A stretch of DNA of 64,000 nucleotides from a virus (taxonomy: Duplodnaviria > Caudoviricetes), in the IMG/VR virus record IMGVR_UViG_3300028833_000064, positions 121,389 to 185,388 of that record; one strand, given 5' to 3'. The notes beneath the pieces are model-generated. The model searched no databases. It was not told the DNA's origin and saw only the letters and a program-made list of their open reading frames with translations. This document shows positions 9,811-18,144 of the stretch, piece by piece. Each line of letters begins with the position of its first letter. Position 1 is the first letter of the stretch. The translations under genes and the position numbers were made by a program.

Positions 9811-10510
9811 TAATTATATACTGTTCGAACACTTCTGTTCCATTATCAAAAACATACAACCAATCTTCAGCATAATCATCAAACTTAATTTCAACAATTT
9901 CACCATAAGTGGTCTCACCCTCATAGTCTGTTGTACATTTATATTCTGCAAAAACATCACCAACATTGTAACGAGGTTCTGTACCACATATATACACAAA
10001 CTGACTGTTTTTTTCACGTTTTATTGTAATTGTGTCTTTTAATGTGGAACTTTCATCTGAAACCGTCGAATTGACATCAGACTGTGTAGAATCGCATTCA
10101 TAAAATCTTTTACCGGTTATCAACTGGTAAATAGTATCGTATGTAGAATTTGAGTCGTTTACAACGGTTATACCTTTTTCTTTACAGAAATCGTACTCAT
10201 CTTGATATATCTCAATACTGGAAGCGACTCTTAGAACCAACTTCGTTTCTTTGATTTTATCAACAATATCGTGAAAAAGAATAAATCCGGTTTTCATCCC
10301 ATCTTTACATCTTTTCACATCAAATATGTGTCCGACTGCTAAAAACATCGTACACACGATATGACTAAACTGCTCAAGTTCTTCGATATGTGACAATACA
10401 TAATCGGGGTTGTCATCAGTGACAACCTCGATTCCACGTTCATGTAAAATATCTAATGAACATCCGTCGTAGTATCTGTGGTCAGATAACCATAAAACCT
10501 TTTTATCCAT
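9782..10510 (-). CDS. hypothetical protein (N-terminal receiver-like domain possible)
   Basis: KVLWLSD... start; 242 aa. Confidence 0.6.
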   Translation of the reverse strand: MDKKVLWLSDHRYYDGCSLDILHERGIEVVTDDNPDYVLSHIEELEQFSHIVCTMFLAVGHIFDVKRCKDGMKTGFILFHDIVDKIKETKLVLRVASSIEIYQDEYDFCKEKGITVVNDSNSTYDTIYQLITGKRFYECDSTQSDVNSTVSDESSTLKDTITIKREKNSQFVYICGTEPRYNVGDVFAEYKCTTDYEGETTYGEIVEIKFDDYAEDWLYVFDNGTEVFEQYIISGDLYILKR

Positions 10511-10540
10511 ATTTAAAAGATACTATTTTTTTTCCATATT

Positions 10541-10930
10541 TTATATCAGATTTTCAAGACAATACTTTATTGATTCCTCACATGCCTCTTCATATGAATT
10601 GAACAACTCAATTATATAAGATTCTGTTTTAGATGTATCCCAGATTACACAATAATATTTTGGATTAATTTGTGTCGGGTCTGAAATCCAAGGTAAAATA
10701 TGTATATGATGGTTTTTCCTAAACCAACTCATAACAGATTGATGAGTAGGACAACGAAGCATCTTTTTTTCATCAAATTTATCTTCTGGAAGAAGTTTTT
10801 CGAAACACCAACCACCATCTTCTTCATAATAAAAGAAAATATAATCAGTTTTTTCTTTAAATCCCTTCTCATTCAATAGTTTTGCTATTTCAAGACTGAC
10901 AAAACATTCTGTACTCATATCAATCAACAT
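10541..10930 (-). CDS. hypothetical phage protein
   Basis: VSLEIAKLLNEKGF...CPTHQSVMSWFR...YEEA. Confidence 0.65.
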   Translation of the reverse strand: MLIDMSTECFVSLEIAKLLNEKGFKEKTDYIFFYYEEDGGWCFEKLLPEDKFDEKKMLRCPTHQSVMSWFRKNHHIHILPWISDPTQINPKYYCVIWDTSKTESYIIELFNSYEEACEESIKYCLENLI

Positions 10931-11276
10931 TTATTAAAAAACCATACTTATCACAATATGCTTTCACAATATCGTCAAGTTCTGGTTTAAACTCGTGATA
11001 ATGTCTTTTTTGACTCAAATCCAAACTACACATGTTATTACTATGCCTCTCCCAAAGCCATCCACGTATCTCTTCTATGACTTCTGAATCGTTAATAAAT
11101 TCATCGAGATTAAAATTCTTGTCATTCAACTTATCTTTTAAAAAATGTGAAACCCCCCTCACACATTCACAACAACAAATATCAGAACACCAACTATCTG
11201 CTTTGGTTTCATCTTCTGTTTGATAGAAGTCTATATCAAACATTTTATATTTCCTATAATAAATTTTTATAACCAT
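10920..11276 (-). CDS. hypothetical protein
   Basis: 118 aa ORF. Confidence 0.55.
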   Translation of the reverse strand: MVIKIYYRKYKMFDIDFYQTEDETKADSWCSDICCCECVRGVSHFLKDKLNDKNFNLDEFINDSEVIEEIRGWLWERHSNNMCSLDLSQKRHYHEFKPELDDIVKAYCDKYGFLINVD

Positions 11277-11282
11277 ATAACT

Positions 11283-11501
11283 TTATTTTTTACAATAACA
11301 ACTTTCTGAATGAATTATAGACACACCACCATTTGAATGTGCTGCAACAACATATTTGTGACCGTCTTCTATAACAGTTCTCACATCAACGGTATGTGAA
11401 GATATACGATAAGAGTACGATGAAGAAAATAAAATTATTAGAAGACATAAAACAAATCCTATTATAAAACTTTTCTTTTTCATATCTTTCTCCAATCCCA
11501 T
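11283..11501 (-). CDS. small secreted/membrane protein
   Basis: signal-peptide-like N-terminus. Confidence 0.55.
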   Translation of the reverse strand: MGLEKDMKKKSFIIGFVLCLLIILFSSSYSYRISSHTVDVRTVIEDGHKYVVAAHSNGGVSIIHSESCYCKK

Positions 11502-11881
11502 TTTCCGTTAAGACACCCCCATTCTTTAACCTCTCCATCAATATTTGTCCTTATATTTTCACTGAAATAACCGGTGTGGTTTTCACAAGCAAATCCCATT
11601 TTCAATGGACAACTATCATCCCCACGTTTTGGACAATTTGTAAAACAAGAATTTCCATATTTTTCATTCATTGTTTCATCTATTGTCTTTTCCGTTTTTA
11701 TTCTGTCCACAGGAAACCAGTCCCAATAACCATTAAGACACCCCCATTCGTTTAAGATGCCATTAATCATTGTTTTTTTACCTGTTAGAAAAATACCTTC
11801 ATGATTTTTACACGTAGAACAATCATCCCTCATCAAGGGACAATACGTACAATCTTTTGAATGTTTGCAAAAATTATTCAT
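11480..11881 (-). CDS. Cys-rich protein with internal duplication
   Basis: two repeats ending EWGCLNG.WDW. Confidence 0.65.
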   Translation of the reverse strand: MNNFCKHSKDCTYCPLMRDDCSTCKNHEGIFLTGKKTMINGILNEWGCLNGYWDWFPVDRIKTEKTIDETMNEKYGNSCFTNCPKRGDDSCPLKMGFACENHTGYFSENIRTNIDGEVKEWGCLNGKWDWRKI

Positions 11882-11915
11882 AGTGATAAAATATTAAACT
11901 TCATACTAAATATAA

Positions 11916-11946
11916 CAAAAAAAGGGTACAGAATGTACCCTTTTTA
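11916..11946. terminator. intrinsic terminator at the distal end of the tRNA island
   Basis: A-tract GGGTACA-GAA-TGTACCC T-tract. Confidence 0.75.
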
Positions 11947-12007
11947 TATTTTTTTTTCCAACAAGGGTGTGACACCCATTGAGATATTGAAGACAGGATA
12001 TATTTTG

Positions 12008-12080
<73 letters not shown>

Positions 12081-12097
12081 ATATTATTTTTATTTTG

Positions 12098-12170
12098 TGA
12101 CACCGGTGGGACTCGAACCCACGACCCCAGCATTAAAAGTGCCGTGCTCTACCTACTGAGCTACGGTGTC
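12098..12170 (-). tRNA. tRNA-Lys(TTT)
   Basis: cloverleaf, loop CT-TTT-AA. Confidence 0.92.
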
Positions 12171-12488
12171 AAATTGACAGAATTTCTTCAAGTTTTTCAT
12201 TTTTTGTTCTGACTTGTGTCGACAAACTTGTGTATCGGTAAATACTTTCATTTGGCTCTGTCAAACCGTCCAAAAAAACTACCACAACTCCGGCCTCTCT
12301 TCAGCATCCTTTTGAAGTCTTATGAGTCTTCGATTCTCGACAGGACACCACTCCCAAAGAAAGTGTTTTAGAGCTCATTATACACAATCTATCGAGGAAG
12401 AATCTGCTTCGGATGCATCGTGGGTTAGCCCCTACCACGGGTAGAATGTTTTTCGTCACACATACCATTGACGTTAGCGAAACTGTTT

Positions 12489-12562
12489 GCATGACTCGGG
12501 GACTCGAACCTCCATTTCCACAGTTGGACCCGTGGTGTTCTACCAAATTGAACTATCGCCAC
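12489..12562 (-). pseudogene. degenerate tRNA (anticodon unclear)
   Basis: D and T loops present; acceptor stem and anticodon loop irregular. Confidence 0.5.
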
Positions 12563-12589
12563 TAGACGAGGTTTTGGACACCTCGTTTG

Positions 12590-12733
12590 TGATAATGGGT
12601 GGATTCGAACCACCATAGTCAAGAGTCTTTTCATCTCAGTCAAGTATAAACCATGCTATCGTGGATAGTCTATATGACTTTCAAACGATTACTCATTAAT
12701 CTTGTAGTACATCCCATCTACTTCACACTATCA
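12590..12733 (-). ncRNA. tRNA-like RNA with non-tRNA interior
   Basis: TGATAGTG/CATTATCA terminal stem and GGTGG-TTCGAAT-CCACC T arm. Confidence 0.55.
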
Positions 12734-12740
12734 TATTTTG

Positions 12741-12879
12741 CAGAAGTGGGAGGATTCGAACCACCATCTACGGTTTTGTGGTTAAATATCAATCTCTTGA
12801 TAGATAACCTCGAATTAAAGGCTCTCACAGGACCTCACCCTGTATGGAGACCGTTATTCTACCATTGAACTACACTCCT
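12741..12879 (-). tRNA. tRNA-Trp(CCA) with ~68-nt insert in anticodon loop
   Basis: ACGGT-CT-CCA|insert 12777-12844|AA-ACCGT; remainder is a canonical 71-nt tRNA. Confidence 0.8.
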
Positions 12880-12968
12880 ATGGGGTGCTATGCCTTTTTA
12901 ACACCTTGTTTCATTTTACCAAATAGAAACTTTGATTCAATGTGAATCAGGAAATGCTTACATCTTGT

Positions 12969-13074
12969 TACGACACTGAGATTCGAACTCTAAACCACTT
13001 TACCCATTTAAGGGAGTTATCTGACCGTCGCCAGCCCCAGCATTGGGAGTGTGCTACCATTACACCATATCGTA
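12969..13074 (-). ncRNA. Gln-type tRNA body with expanded anticodon arm
   Basis: TACGATA/TGTCGTA acceptor, TGGTGTAATGGTAGCAC D arm, T arm; extra sequence in anticodon arm. Confidence 0.55.
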
Positions 13075-13080
13075 ATTTTG

Positions 13081-13154
13081 GGTGGTAAGTGGGGCTCGAA
13101 CCCACACTTCCGGTTCCACAGACCGACGTGCTAGCCATTAACACTATAACCACC
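13081..13154 (-). tRNA. tRNA-His(GTG)
   Basis: G-1, loop CT-GTG-GA. Confidence 0.9.
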
Positions 13155-13159
13155 ATATA

Positions 13160-13744
13160 TTATTTTGTAATCTTCTTTCTAAAAAATCTCTTCGATTCTT
13201 TATTTAGAGAACCAAAATTTTCTGTTAAACTATGACAATTTGGACATAATAATTCCAAGTTTTCTATCAAATTGTTTGTACAATCACCATCTTTATGATG
13301 AATCTCAAGAGGAACTGTGTTTGAATATTCATTCATCTCACCCCAACCACATTTTTCACAATGATTGTTGTGTAATTCCATCATATATCTTTTAATAAAT
13401 TTTGGAATTTGACCAACACCAGATTGAAAGTTTTCACCATTCAACCACCTTTTAACTCTCTCTTTATATTGATATTCACTTTGACAAACATTTGAACAAA
13501 ATTTTTCACCTCTATTCAACTCTTTACCACAATTCAAACAATATCTTTTTTTACAATTGCCTTTATTGAAGGTTTCCTTTTCATTTATCTTTCGTCTTGT
13601 TTCAAGTTCAATACCAAGTTTCTTTGCAATCTTTTTGATATTGTTACCAGAACAACCATATATTCTTCCAATTTCGGAATAAGATTTCTTTTGAAATTGT
13701 ATCAAATCTACGAGAGTATCTTTTTCATCGTCCCATTTACTCAT
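13160..13744 (-). CDS. free-standing HNH homing endonuclease
   Basis: N-terminal HTH, CLNC..FCSNVC Zn finger, CEKC...LEIHHKDGD..NN..ENLELLCPNCH. Confidence 0.9.
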   Translation of the reverse strand: MSKWDDEKDTLVDLIQFQKKSYSEIGRIYGCSGNNIKKIAKKLGIELETRRKINEKETFNKGNCKKRYCLNCGKELNRGEKFCSNVCQSEYQYKERVKRWLNGENFQSGVGQIPKFIKRYMMELHNNHCEKCGWGEMNEYSNTVPLEIHHKDGDCTNNLIENLELLCPNCHSLTENFGSLNKESKRFFRKKITK

Positions 13745-13788
13745 AAACGAACCTTTTCATTGTATAAAGTATTTATGAAAGTTCGTTT
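13745..13788 (-). promoter_or_regulatory. start-occluding hairpin containing a late-promoter-like TAAATA
   Basis: AAACGAAC-TTTCAT...ATGAAA-AG-GTTCGTTT directly before ATG. Confidence 0.65.
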
Positions 13789-13819
13789 CATTTAATGTCA
13801 TCATATCTGTAAATTTTGT

Positions 13820-13891
13820 TGCCACAGTTGGACTCGAACCAACGACCACCTGTATATCCGACAGGTGCTCTATCCTGCTGAGCTATGTGAC
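13820..13891 (-). tRNA. tRNA-Ile(GAT), atypical (G33)
   Basis: CCTGT-CG-GAT-AT-ACAGG. Confidence 0.65.
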
Positions 13892-13985
13892 AGACGACAG
13901 TTGGCCAAATTGTCGTCAAAACATAAAATTAAGTCCTAATGAACCGTCACGTGTTTCGGTTTTTCGAAAATAACCCTATGAATCG

Positions 13986-14059
13986 TACCGGTGGGTGGAT
14001 TTGAACCACCGAATGCAGCCTTATGAGAGCTGTGTCTTAGACCACTTGACGACACCGGC
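13986..14059 (-). tRNA. tRNA-Met(CAT)
   Basis: CAGCT-CT-CAT-AA-GGCTG. Confidence 0.85.
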
Positions 14060-14066
14060 ATTATTG

Positions 14067-14188
14067 AGCAGACGACAGGAGTCGAACCTGTAAAAGACTG
14101 TTTTTGAAAATTGCTGTTTTATTCTTTATCAGTCTTTACCAAGAATACTTCTACTGACAGTTGTGTTTACCAATTCCACCACGTCTGC
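14067..14188 (-). tRNA. tRNA-like (Leu-CAA-like) with ACAGCAA-module insert
   Basis: ACTGT-C|insert ~14108-14155|T-CAA-AA-ACAGT; short variable arm. Confidence 0.6.
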
Positions 14189-14196
14189 ATTGTTTG

Positions 14197-14278
14197 TGCC
14201 GAAGGTGGGACTCGAACCCACACCCCCTCACGGGGACTTGCTCCTAAGACAAGCGTGTCTGCATTCCACCACTTCGGC
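14197..14278 (-). tRNA. tRNA-Leu(TAG)
   Basis: cloverleaf with long variable arm. Confidence 0.9.
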
Positions 14279-14285
14279 AAATTAG

Positions 14286-14459
14286 TGGAGTTATGTGGAT
14301 TCGAACTTCATCTTCCAAACATCCATCAATGTTCCTTTGACAAATGTAAGGTCTGACGAAGGGGGAAAAGTTTTATAAAACCCCCACACCCTCTCCTGTA
14401 ACAATTTTGTACACAACCATTACAGACAGCTTCCAGCCCGTTTAAGAGACCTTAACCCC
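14286..14459 (-). ncRNA. 174-nt RNA with alanine-type acceptor (tmRNA-like ends)
   Basis: GGGGTTA/TAACTCC-A gives G3:U70 and A73; TTCGAAT T loop. Confidence 0.5.
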
Positions 14460-14470
14460 GTTTTTTTTTG

Positions 14471-14542
14471 AGCAGGTGATGGTAATCGAAACCACATATC
14501 CAGCTTGGAAGGCTGGCATACTAACCATTGTACTACACCTGC
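14471..14542 (-). tRNA. tRNA-Gly(TCC)
   Basis: cloverleaf, U73. Confidence 0.9.
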
Positions 14543-14555
14543 TTGTTAAATATAC

Positions 14556-14696
14556 AAGAACCAACCGGACTCGAACCGGCACTGACTGTCGTATTAAAAC
14601 CTTTCGGTCTACCGTCCTACATTTACAAGGGACTCACCCCTTTCCAGTACTCATACAATTCGTGGCGAGAGTATACCGATTCCCCCTCACAGTCCT
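14556..14696 (-). ncRNA. tRNA-like RNA with large structured domain replacing the anticodon arm
   Basis: acceptor AGGACTG/TGGTTCT, D arm, GCCGG-TTCGAGT-CCGGT. Confidence 0.55.
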
Positions 14697-14706
14697 TGTC
14701 TATTTG

Positions 14707-14783
14707 TGTTGCTGGTTGGATTCGAACCAACGACCTTCTGTGTATCAGACAGATGCTCTAAAAACCAACTGAGCTACAGCAAC
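14707..14783 (-). tRNA. tRNA-Ile(GAT)
   Basis: TCTGT-CT-GAT-AC-ACAGA. Confidence 0.8.
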
Positions 14784-15197
14784 ATTACATTACTCACCCA
14801 ACCTGACATACATTGGATTTGGATTATCAGCCGTTCCGTGAATGAAATCAAAATCTTCCATCAATTCTGCCATAATTGTTTTTGTTTAAAGGTTTAACAT
14901 TAAAAATTTGTGCCTTCGTGGGTGCTGCCCCTAACTTTTCAGCCACATACCCTCTAACCGGTTCGGATTTATCACAACTTATTTCCGGATTTCCATTGTT
15001 ATTCACCAAACCGTCGGGACCCCAAGCACTACTGCAGATGTCTTGAGGCTCTCGTCACTAACTTACGAGAATAAACCGGCATGTTAATACAGAGCCAAGT
15101 TGCTATCTTGGAACGAATTTGTATGTTCTCACCTGGCGACCACAGCGACTCGCCTTCCAAAACAGTATCGTTATTGCATTTAACAACTTCTGTATAG

Positions 15198-15499
15198 TGG
15201 GCAGGGAGGGACTTGAACCCCCAGAGTCCTTTCGGACAACAGATTTCAATGATATTGGTATCACTCGACTATGTAATTACCTTGCATTTCTGTTTAGGTA
15301 CTCCGTATATAGTCTGTACACATTTATGAAGTTTCCTTCAATTTAGCTCGGCGTTGATTTGCTTTATTTTACGTGGTGCAAACTTTCACCGAATTAGCGG
15401 AGTTTTTCAATTTGCATTTCTACAAAAAGCTGCATTACCACGTGTAAACCAATTTTTAGTCAACAGTCTGTCCCGCTACCAATTACGGTTTACCTACCC
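15198..15499 (-). tRNA. tRNA-Tyr(GTA) with group I intron
   Basis: ACAGA-CT-GT|intron|A-AA-TCTGT; long variable arm. Confidence 0.88.
15247..15462 (-). mobile_element. group I intron (216 nt, no ORF)
   Basis: exon ends in U, intron ends in G; P7 elements CAGACTATA and ATAGTC; AATTCGGTGAA / CGCCGAGC core. Confidence 0.85.
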
Positions 15500-15573
15500 A
15501 TTTAATTTATTTTATTTTTTTTTACCTTGTCCGTTTTTTCTTGGTTTATATATAGTTCTTCCGATTATTTTTG

Positions 15574-15647
15574 TGGGACCGAGCCGATTTGAACGGCTAC
15601 CTCCAGATTTTCAGTCTGGCGTGACACACCAGTTACACCACAGTCCC
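15574..15647 (-). tRNA. tRNA-Phe(GAA)
   Basis: CCAGA-CT-GAA-AA-TCTGG. Confidence 0.88.
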
Positions 15648-15682
15648 AATTTGAGGTTTTTGATGAACCTCTTAACATTTTG

Positions 15683-15804
15683 TCGGGAGGGCAGGACTCG
15701 AACCTACGACCACGGCTACCCAAAAGCTATTAGAAAACGTTGCTGTTTGATTCTTTATCAAGAATCTATCATTTACGTGCTCTAACCAACTGAGCTACCT
15801 CCCG
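15683..15804 (-). tRNA. tRNA-Pro(TGG) with 48-nt insert at 28/29
   Basis: CG|15728-15775|GCT-TT-TGG-GT-AGCCG; removal gives a 74-nt cloverleaf. Confidence 0.8.
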
Positions 15805-15816
15805 TACTTAAAAAAA

Positions 15817-15905
15817 GCAGACCTGCTTACCAACTACTTGACCGAGGGCTGTCTCCCCTTTCGAGGGGCCTTCGTTGGTGGACTTGAACCACTCCAATAT
15901 CTGCC
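15817..15905 (-). ncRNA. permuted tRNA-mimic (Y RNA/YrlA-like order) candidate
   Basis: terminal GCAGAT/GTCTGC stem enclosing a T arm, then a closed hairpin, then D-loop-like AGTTGGTA. Confidence 0.45.
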
Positions 15906-15908
15906 ATT

Positions 15909-15976
15909 GTGAAATGTGATGGGACTTGAACCCATGACCTCCCCTCGGCGCTCTAACCACTGAGCTACACAATCAC
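15909..15976 (-). ncRNA. anticodon-less tRNA
   Basis: canonical D and T arms; anticodon arm reduced to CC-GAG-GG. Confidence 0.6.
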
Positions 15977-16128
15977 TTCCGAATCACACGGAATATGGTT
16001 CTTTTCAGTACCAATAACCTTGTTTCCACCACTTGGGTCAGGAACATACCCACGTCTATTACTACCAAGACGCCTAATCCCATCTTTTTTCTATCGCCCT
16101 TCAGGGAAAGGGCTTTCACATGTGAGAG

Positions 16129-16202
16129 TGGACCACGATGGGATTCGAACCCACGACTTTCTGACTGCCAGTCAGACGCTCTACCAACTGAGCTACGAGC
16201 CC
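16129..16202 (-). tRNA. tRNA-Ala(GGC)
   Basis: G3:U70, loop CT-GGC-AG; bulged acceptor. Confidence 0.8.
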
Positions 16203-16209
16203 ATGAAAA

Positions 16210-16299
16210 TTGAGTTGTTTAAGGTCTAACTCAAGACTAACGACCGGGGCGATTGTCATCGATTCCACCATCCGATTTTATATGACATCGGAAAACGTT
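16210..16299 (-). repeat. structured RNA repeat, copy 1
   Basis: shares AACGTTTTCCGATGTC..ATAAAATCGGATGGTGGAA and TAAACAACTCAA with 16424..16521. Confidence 0.7.
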
Positions 16300-16301
16300 A
16301 G

Positions 16302-16420
16302 CGGAGAGAGTGGGACTCGAACCCACGACTACGGTCGTGACAGGACATTGAAAACATTGCTGTATGATTCTTTTTCAAGAATACTCTATTTACGTGTTCT
16401 ACCAACTGAACTATCTCTCC
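16302..16420 (-). tRNA. tRNA-Asp(GTC) with 46-nt insert at 28/29
   Basis: CG|16347-16392|GTC-CT-GTC-AC-GACCG; removal gives a 73-nt cloverleaf. Confidence 0.8.
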
Positions 16421-16423
16421 GTT

Positions 16424-16521
16424 TTGAGTTGTTTAAAGTCCAACCCAAACGACTAGGGCTTGCCGGTTTGAATCCGACGAGCAGTTCCACCATCCGATTT
16501 TATCCGACATCGGAAAACGTT
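16424..16521 (-). repeat. structured RNA repeat, copy 2
   Basis: see copy 1. Confidence 0.7.
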
Positions 16522-16523
16522 AA

Positions 16524-16585
16524 CAAGAATCCATAGAATACAAAATTAAAAGTTTTGTCCTGATAATATTGCTGTACGATTCTTT
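16524..16585 (-). ncRNA. free-standing ACAGCAA-module RNA carrying a Lys(UUU)-like anticodon stem-loop
   Basis: AAAGAATC-GTACAGCAA...ACAAAA-CTTTTAA-TTTTGT...GATTCTTG. Confidence 0.65.
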
Positions 16586-16587
16586 AG

Positions 16588-16662
16588 TGGGGAATGAGGG
16601 ACTCGAACCCCCGACTTTCTGAATGTAAGTCAGATACTCTGAACCGACTGAGTTAATTCCCC
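16588..16662 (-). tRNA. tRNA-Val(TAC)
   Basis: cloverleaf. Confidence 0.9.
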
Positions 16663-16672
16663 GACATCTTAG

Positions 16673-16746
16673 TGGACACAGGTGGGAATCGAACCCACGA
16701 CTACCTGTTTGCAAAACAGGAGTTCTACCAACTGAACTACTGGCCC
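16673..16746 (-). tRNA. tRNA-Ala(TGC)
   Basis: cloverleaf, G3:U70. Confidence 0.85.
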
Positions 16747-16759
16747 AAATTAATATCAG

Positions 16760-16844
16760 TGCCCAAGACAGGACTTGAACCTGCACTCCCTAAACGGGAA
16801 CCAGCCCCTCAAGCTGGTGTGTCTACCAATTCCACCACCTGGGC
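16760..16844 (-). tRNA. tRNA-Leu(GAG)
   Basis: cloverleaf with long variable arm. Confidence 0.9.
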
Positions 16845-16860
16845 ATATTGCTTTCATTTG

Positions 16861-16932
16861 TTGTCCTATCAGGTTTCGAACCTAAAACTTCAGAGCCAGA
16901 ATCTGACGTGTTACCTATTATACCATAGGACA
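16861..16932 (-). tRNA. tRNA-Gln(CTG)
   Basis: cloverleaf. Confidence 0.9.
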
Positions 16933-17045
16933 ATTTTACAAAACCTAACCAAACCTTGATTAATGTCGTGAGCTTTGATTATACACACACGTCCGATTTC
17001 CACGGATATTTACACTCTTAACCAGTTTGGTACCGGTTTTGTATG

Positions 17046-17116
17046 TTGTCCTACTTGGACTCGAACCCAGAATTCTTCATCCAAAATGAAGCGTGTTACC
17101 GTTACACCATAGGACA
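17046..17116 (-). tRNA. tRNA-Gln(TTG)
   Basis: cloverleaf. Confidence 0.9.
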
Positions 17117-17127
17117 ATGTTATCTCA

Positions 17128-17165
17128 AATAAAAAATCTCACACTTTCGAAAGAATGTGTGAGAT
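17128..17165 (-). terminator. intrinsic terminator inside the tRNA island
   Basis: ATCTCACAC-ATTCTTTCGAAA-GTGTGAGAT-TTTTT. Confidence 0.65.
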
Positions 17166-17226
17166 GTTGGATATATGTTGAGATTAAAATGTGTTTCTAA
17201 AAAATCTTACAAATGATACAAACAAA

Positions 17227-17322
17227 TCACACAACTATGGACACAAATAGGATAATCGCCATCTGATAAAACCAGTAGACGAGTCCTGTTTTAAATCCCT
17301 TATGTTGTTTATTTGTATTCAT
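17227..17322 (-). CDS. 31-aa small ORF / possible leader peptide
   Basis: MNTNKQHKGFKTGLVYWFYQMAIILFVSIVV*, preceded by CATAAATA, followed by terminator. Confidence 0.4.
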   Translation of the reverse strand: MNTNKQHKGFKTGLVYWFYQMAIILFVSIVV

Positions 17323-17353
17323 ATCTTCGTTATTTATGTAAGTTTCTTTTCTA

Positions 17354-17890
17354 TTATTTATGTAAATTAATTTCGTATGGTTTTATTGAGCGTTTAACTC
17401 TTGCACCGCTTCCATACATAAGACTATCTGCAAGTGTATTTCCGACTTCTGGAAAACCATAACGTCTTTTGTTGTTTAACTGGTCAATATCTGGTTTAAG
17501 TTCCTTTATTTGTATAACTACGGAATACACAACCACTTTACTATTTGGATAACTCAACTCTCCGAAAGTTTTTGCAGAATCTGGATACACAGAAAGATAT
17601 ACATATCCACATTCAGACTGAAAACTTTTTTTCCTTTTTAGACTTGTTGTCAAAATACCCTTATCCATTATAGGATTATTTTCACTTGTACCATGATAAA
17701 GTCTTATATAGTCTTCCTTGTGTCTTCTCAACCATCTGTTAAATTCATCAACAAGTTTTTCGTTATATTCACCATTGAATGAAGTGAAGAACTTAGAAGT
17801 TTCCTCATCATCTAAGACATCGTATGTCTTTGGTTCTCTATAACTACCATAGTATAATTCATTAATAAACTCATCAAACTTTTTAATCAT
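17354..17890 (-). CDS. ADP-ribosyltransferase-fold (Tpt1/KptA-like motif) protein with capsid-targeting-like N-terminus
   Basis: LYHGTS...I..KGI...GYVYLS...A..FG; N-terminus MIKKFDEFINE. Confidence 0.6.
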   Translation of the reverse strand: MIKKFDEFINELYYGSYREPKTYDVLDDEETSKFFTSFNGEYNEKLVDEFNRWLRRHKEDYIRLYHGTSENNPIMDKGILTTSLKRKKSFQSECGYVYLSVYPDSAKTFGELSYPNSKVVVYSVVIQIKELKPDIDQLNNKRRYGFPEVGNTLADSLMYGSGARVKRSIKPYEINLHK

Positions 17891-17924
17891 ATTTCTGTTT
17901 GCTTTATTTATTTATGAATTTTTG

Positions 17925-17998
17925 TACTCCGGACGGGACTCGAACCCGTAATCTCCACCGTGAAAGGGTGGTGTCCTAACCAATTAGACGACCGGAGC
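17925..17998 (-). tRNA. tRNA-Glu(TTC)
   Basis: cloverleaf. Confidence 0.92.
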
Positions 17999-18065
17999 AT
18001 AGTTGTACCGATATCGCTCGATACGGGCGGGTGAAAAATCACCATCTTGCCAGGTCGGGTTTTTG

Positions 18066-18138
18066 TCGGGTAAAGAGGACTCGAACCTCCGACCCCTTGG
18101 TCCCAAACCAAGTGCTCTACCAACTGAGCTACTACCCG
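18066..18138 (-). tRNA. tRNA-Pro(TGG)
   Basis: cloverleaf. Confidence 0.92.
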
Positions 18139-18144
18139 ATTATT

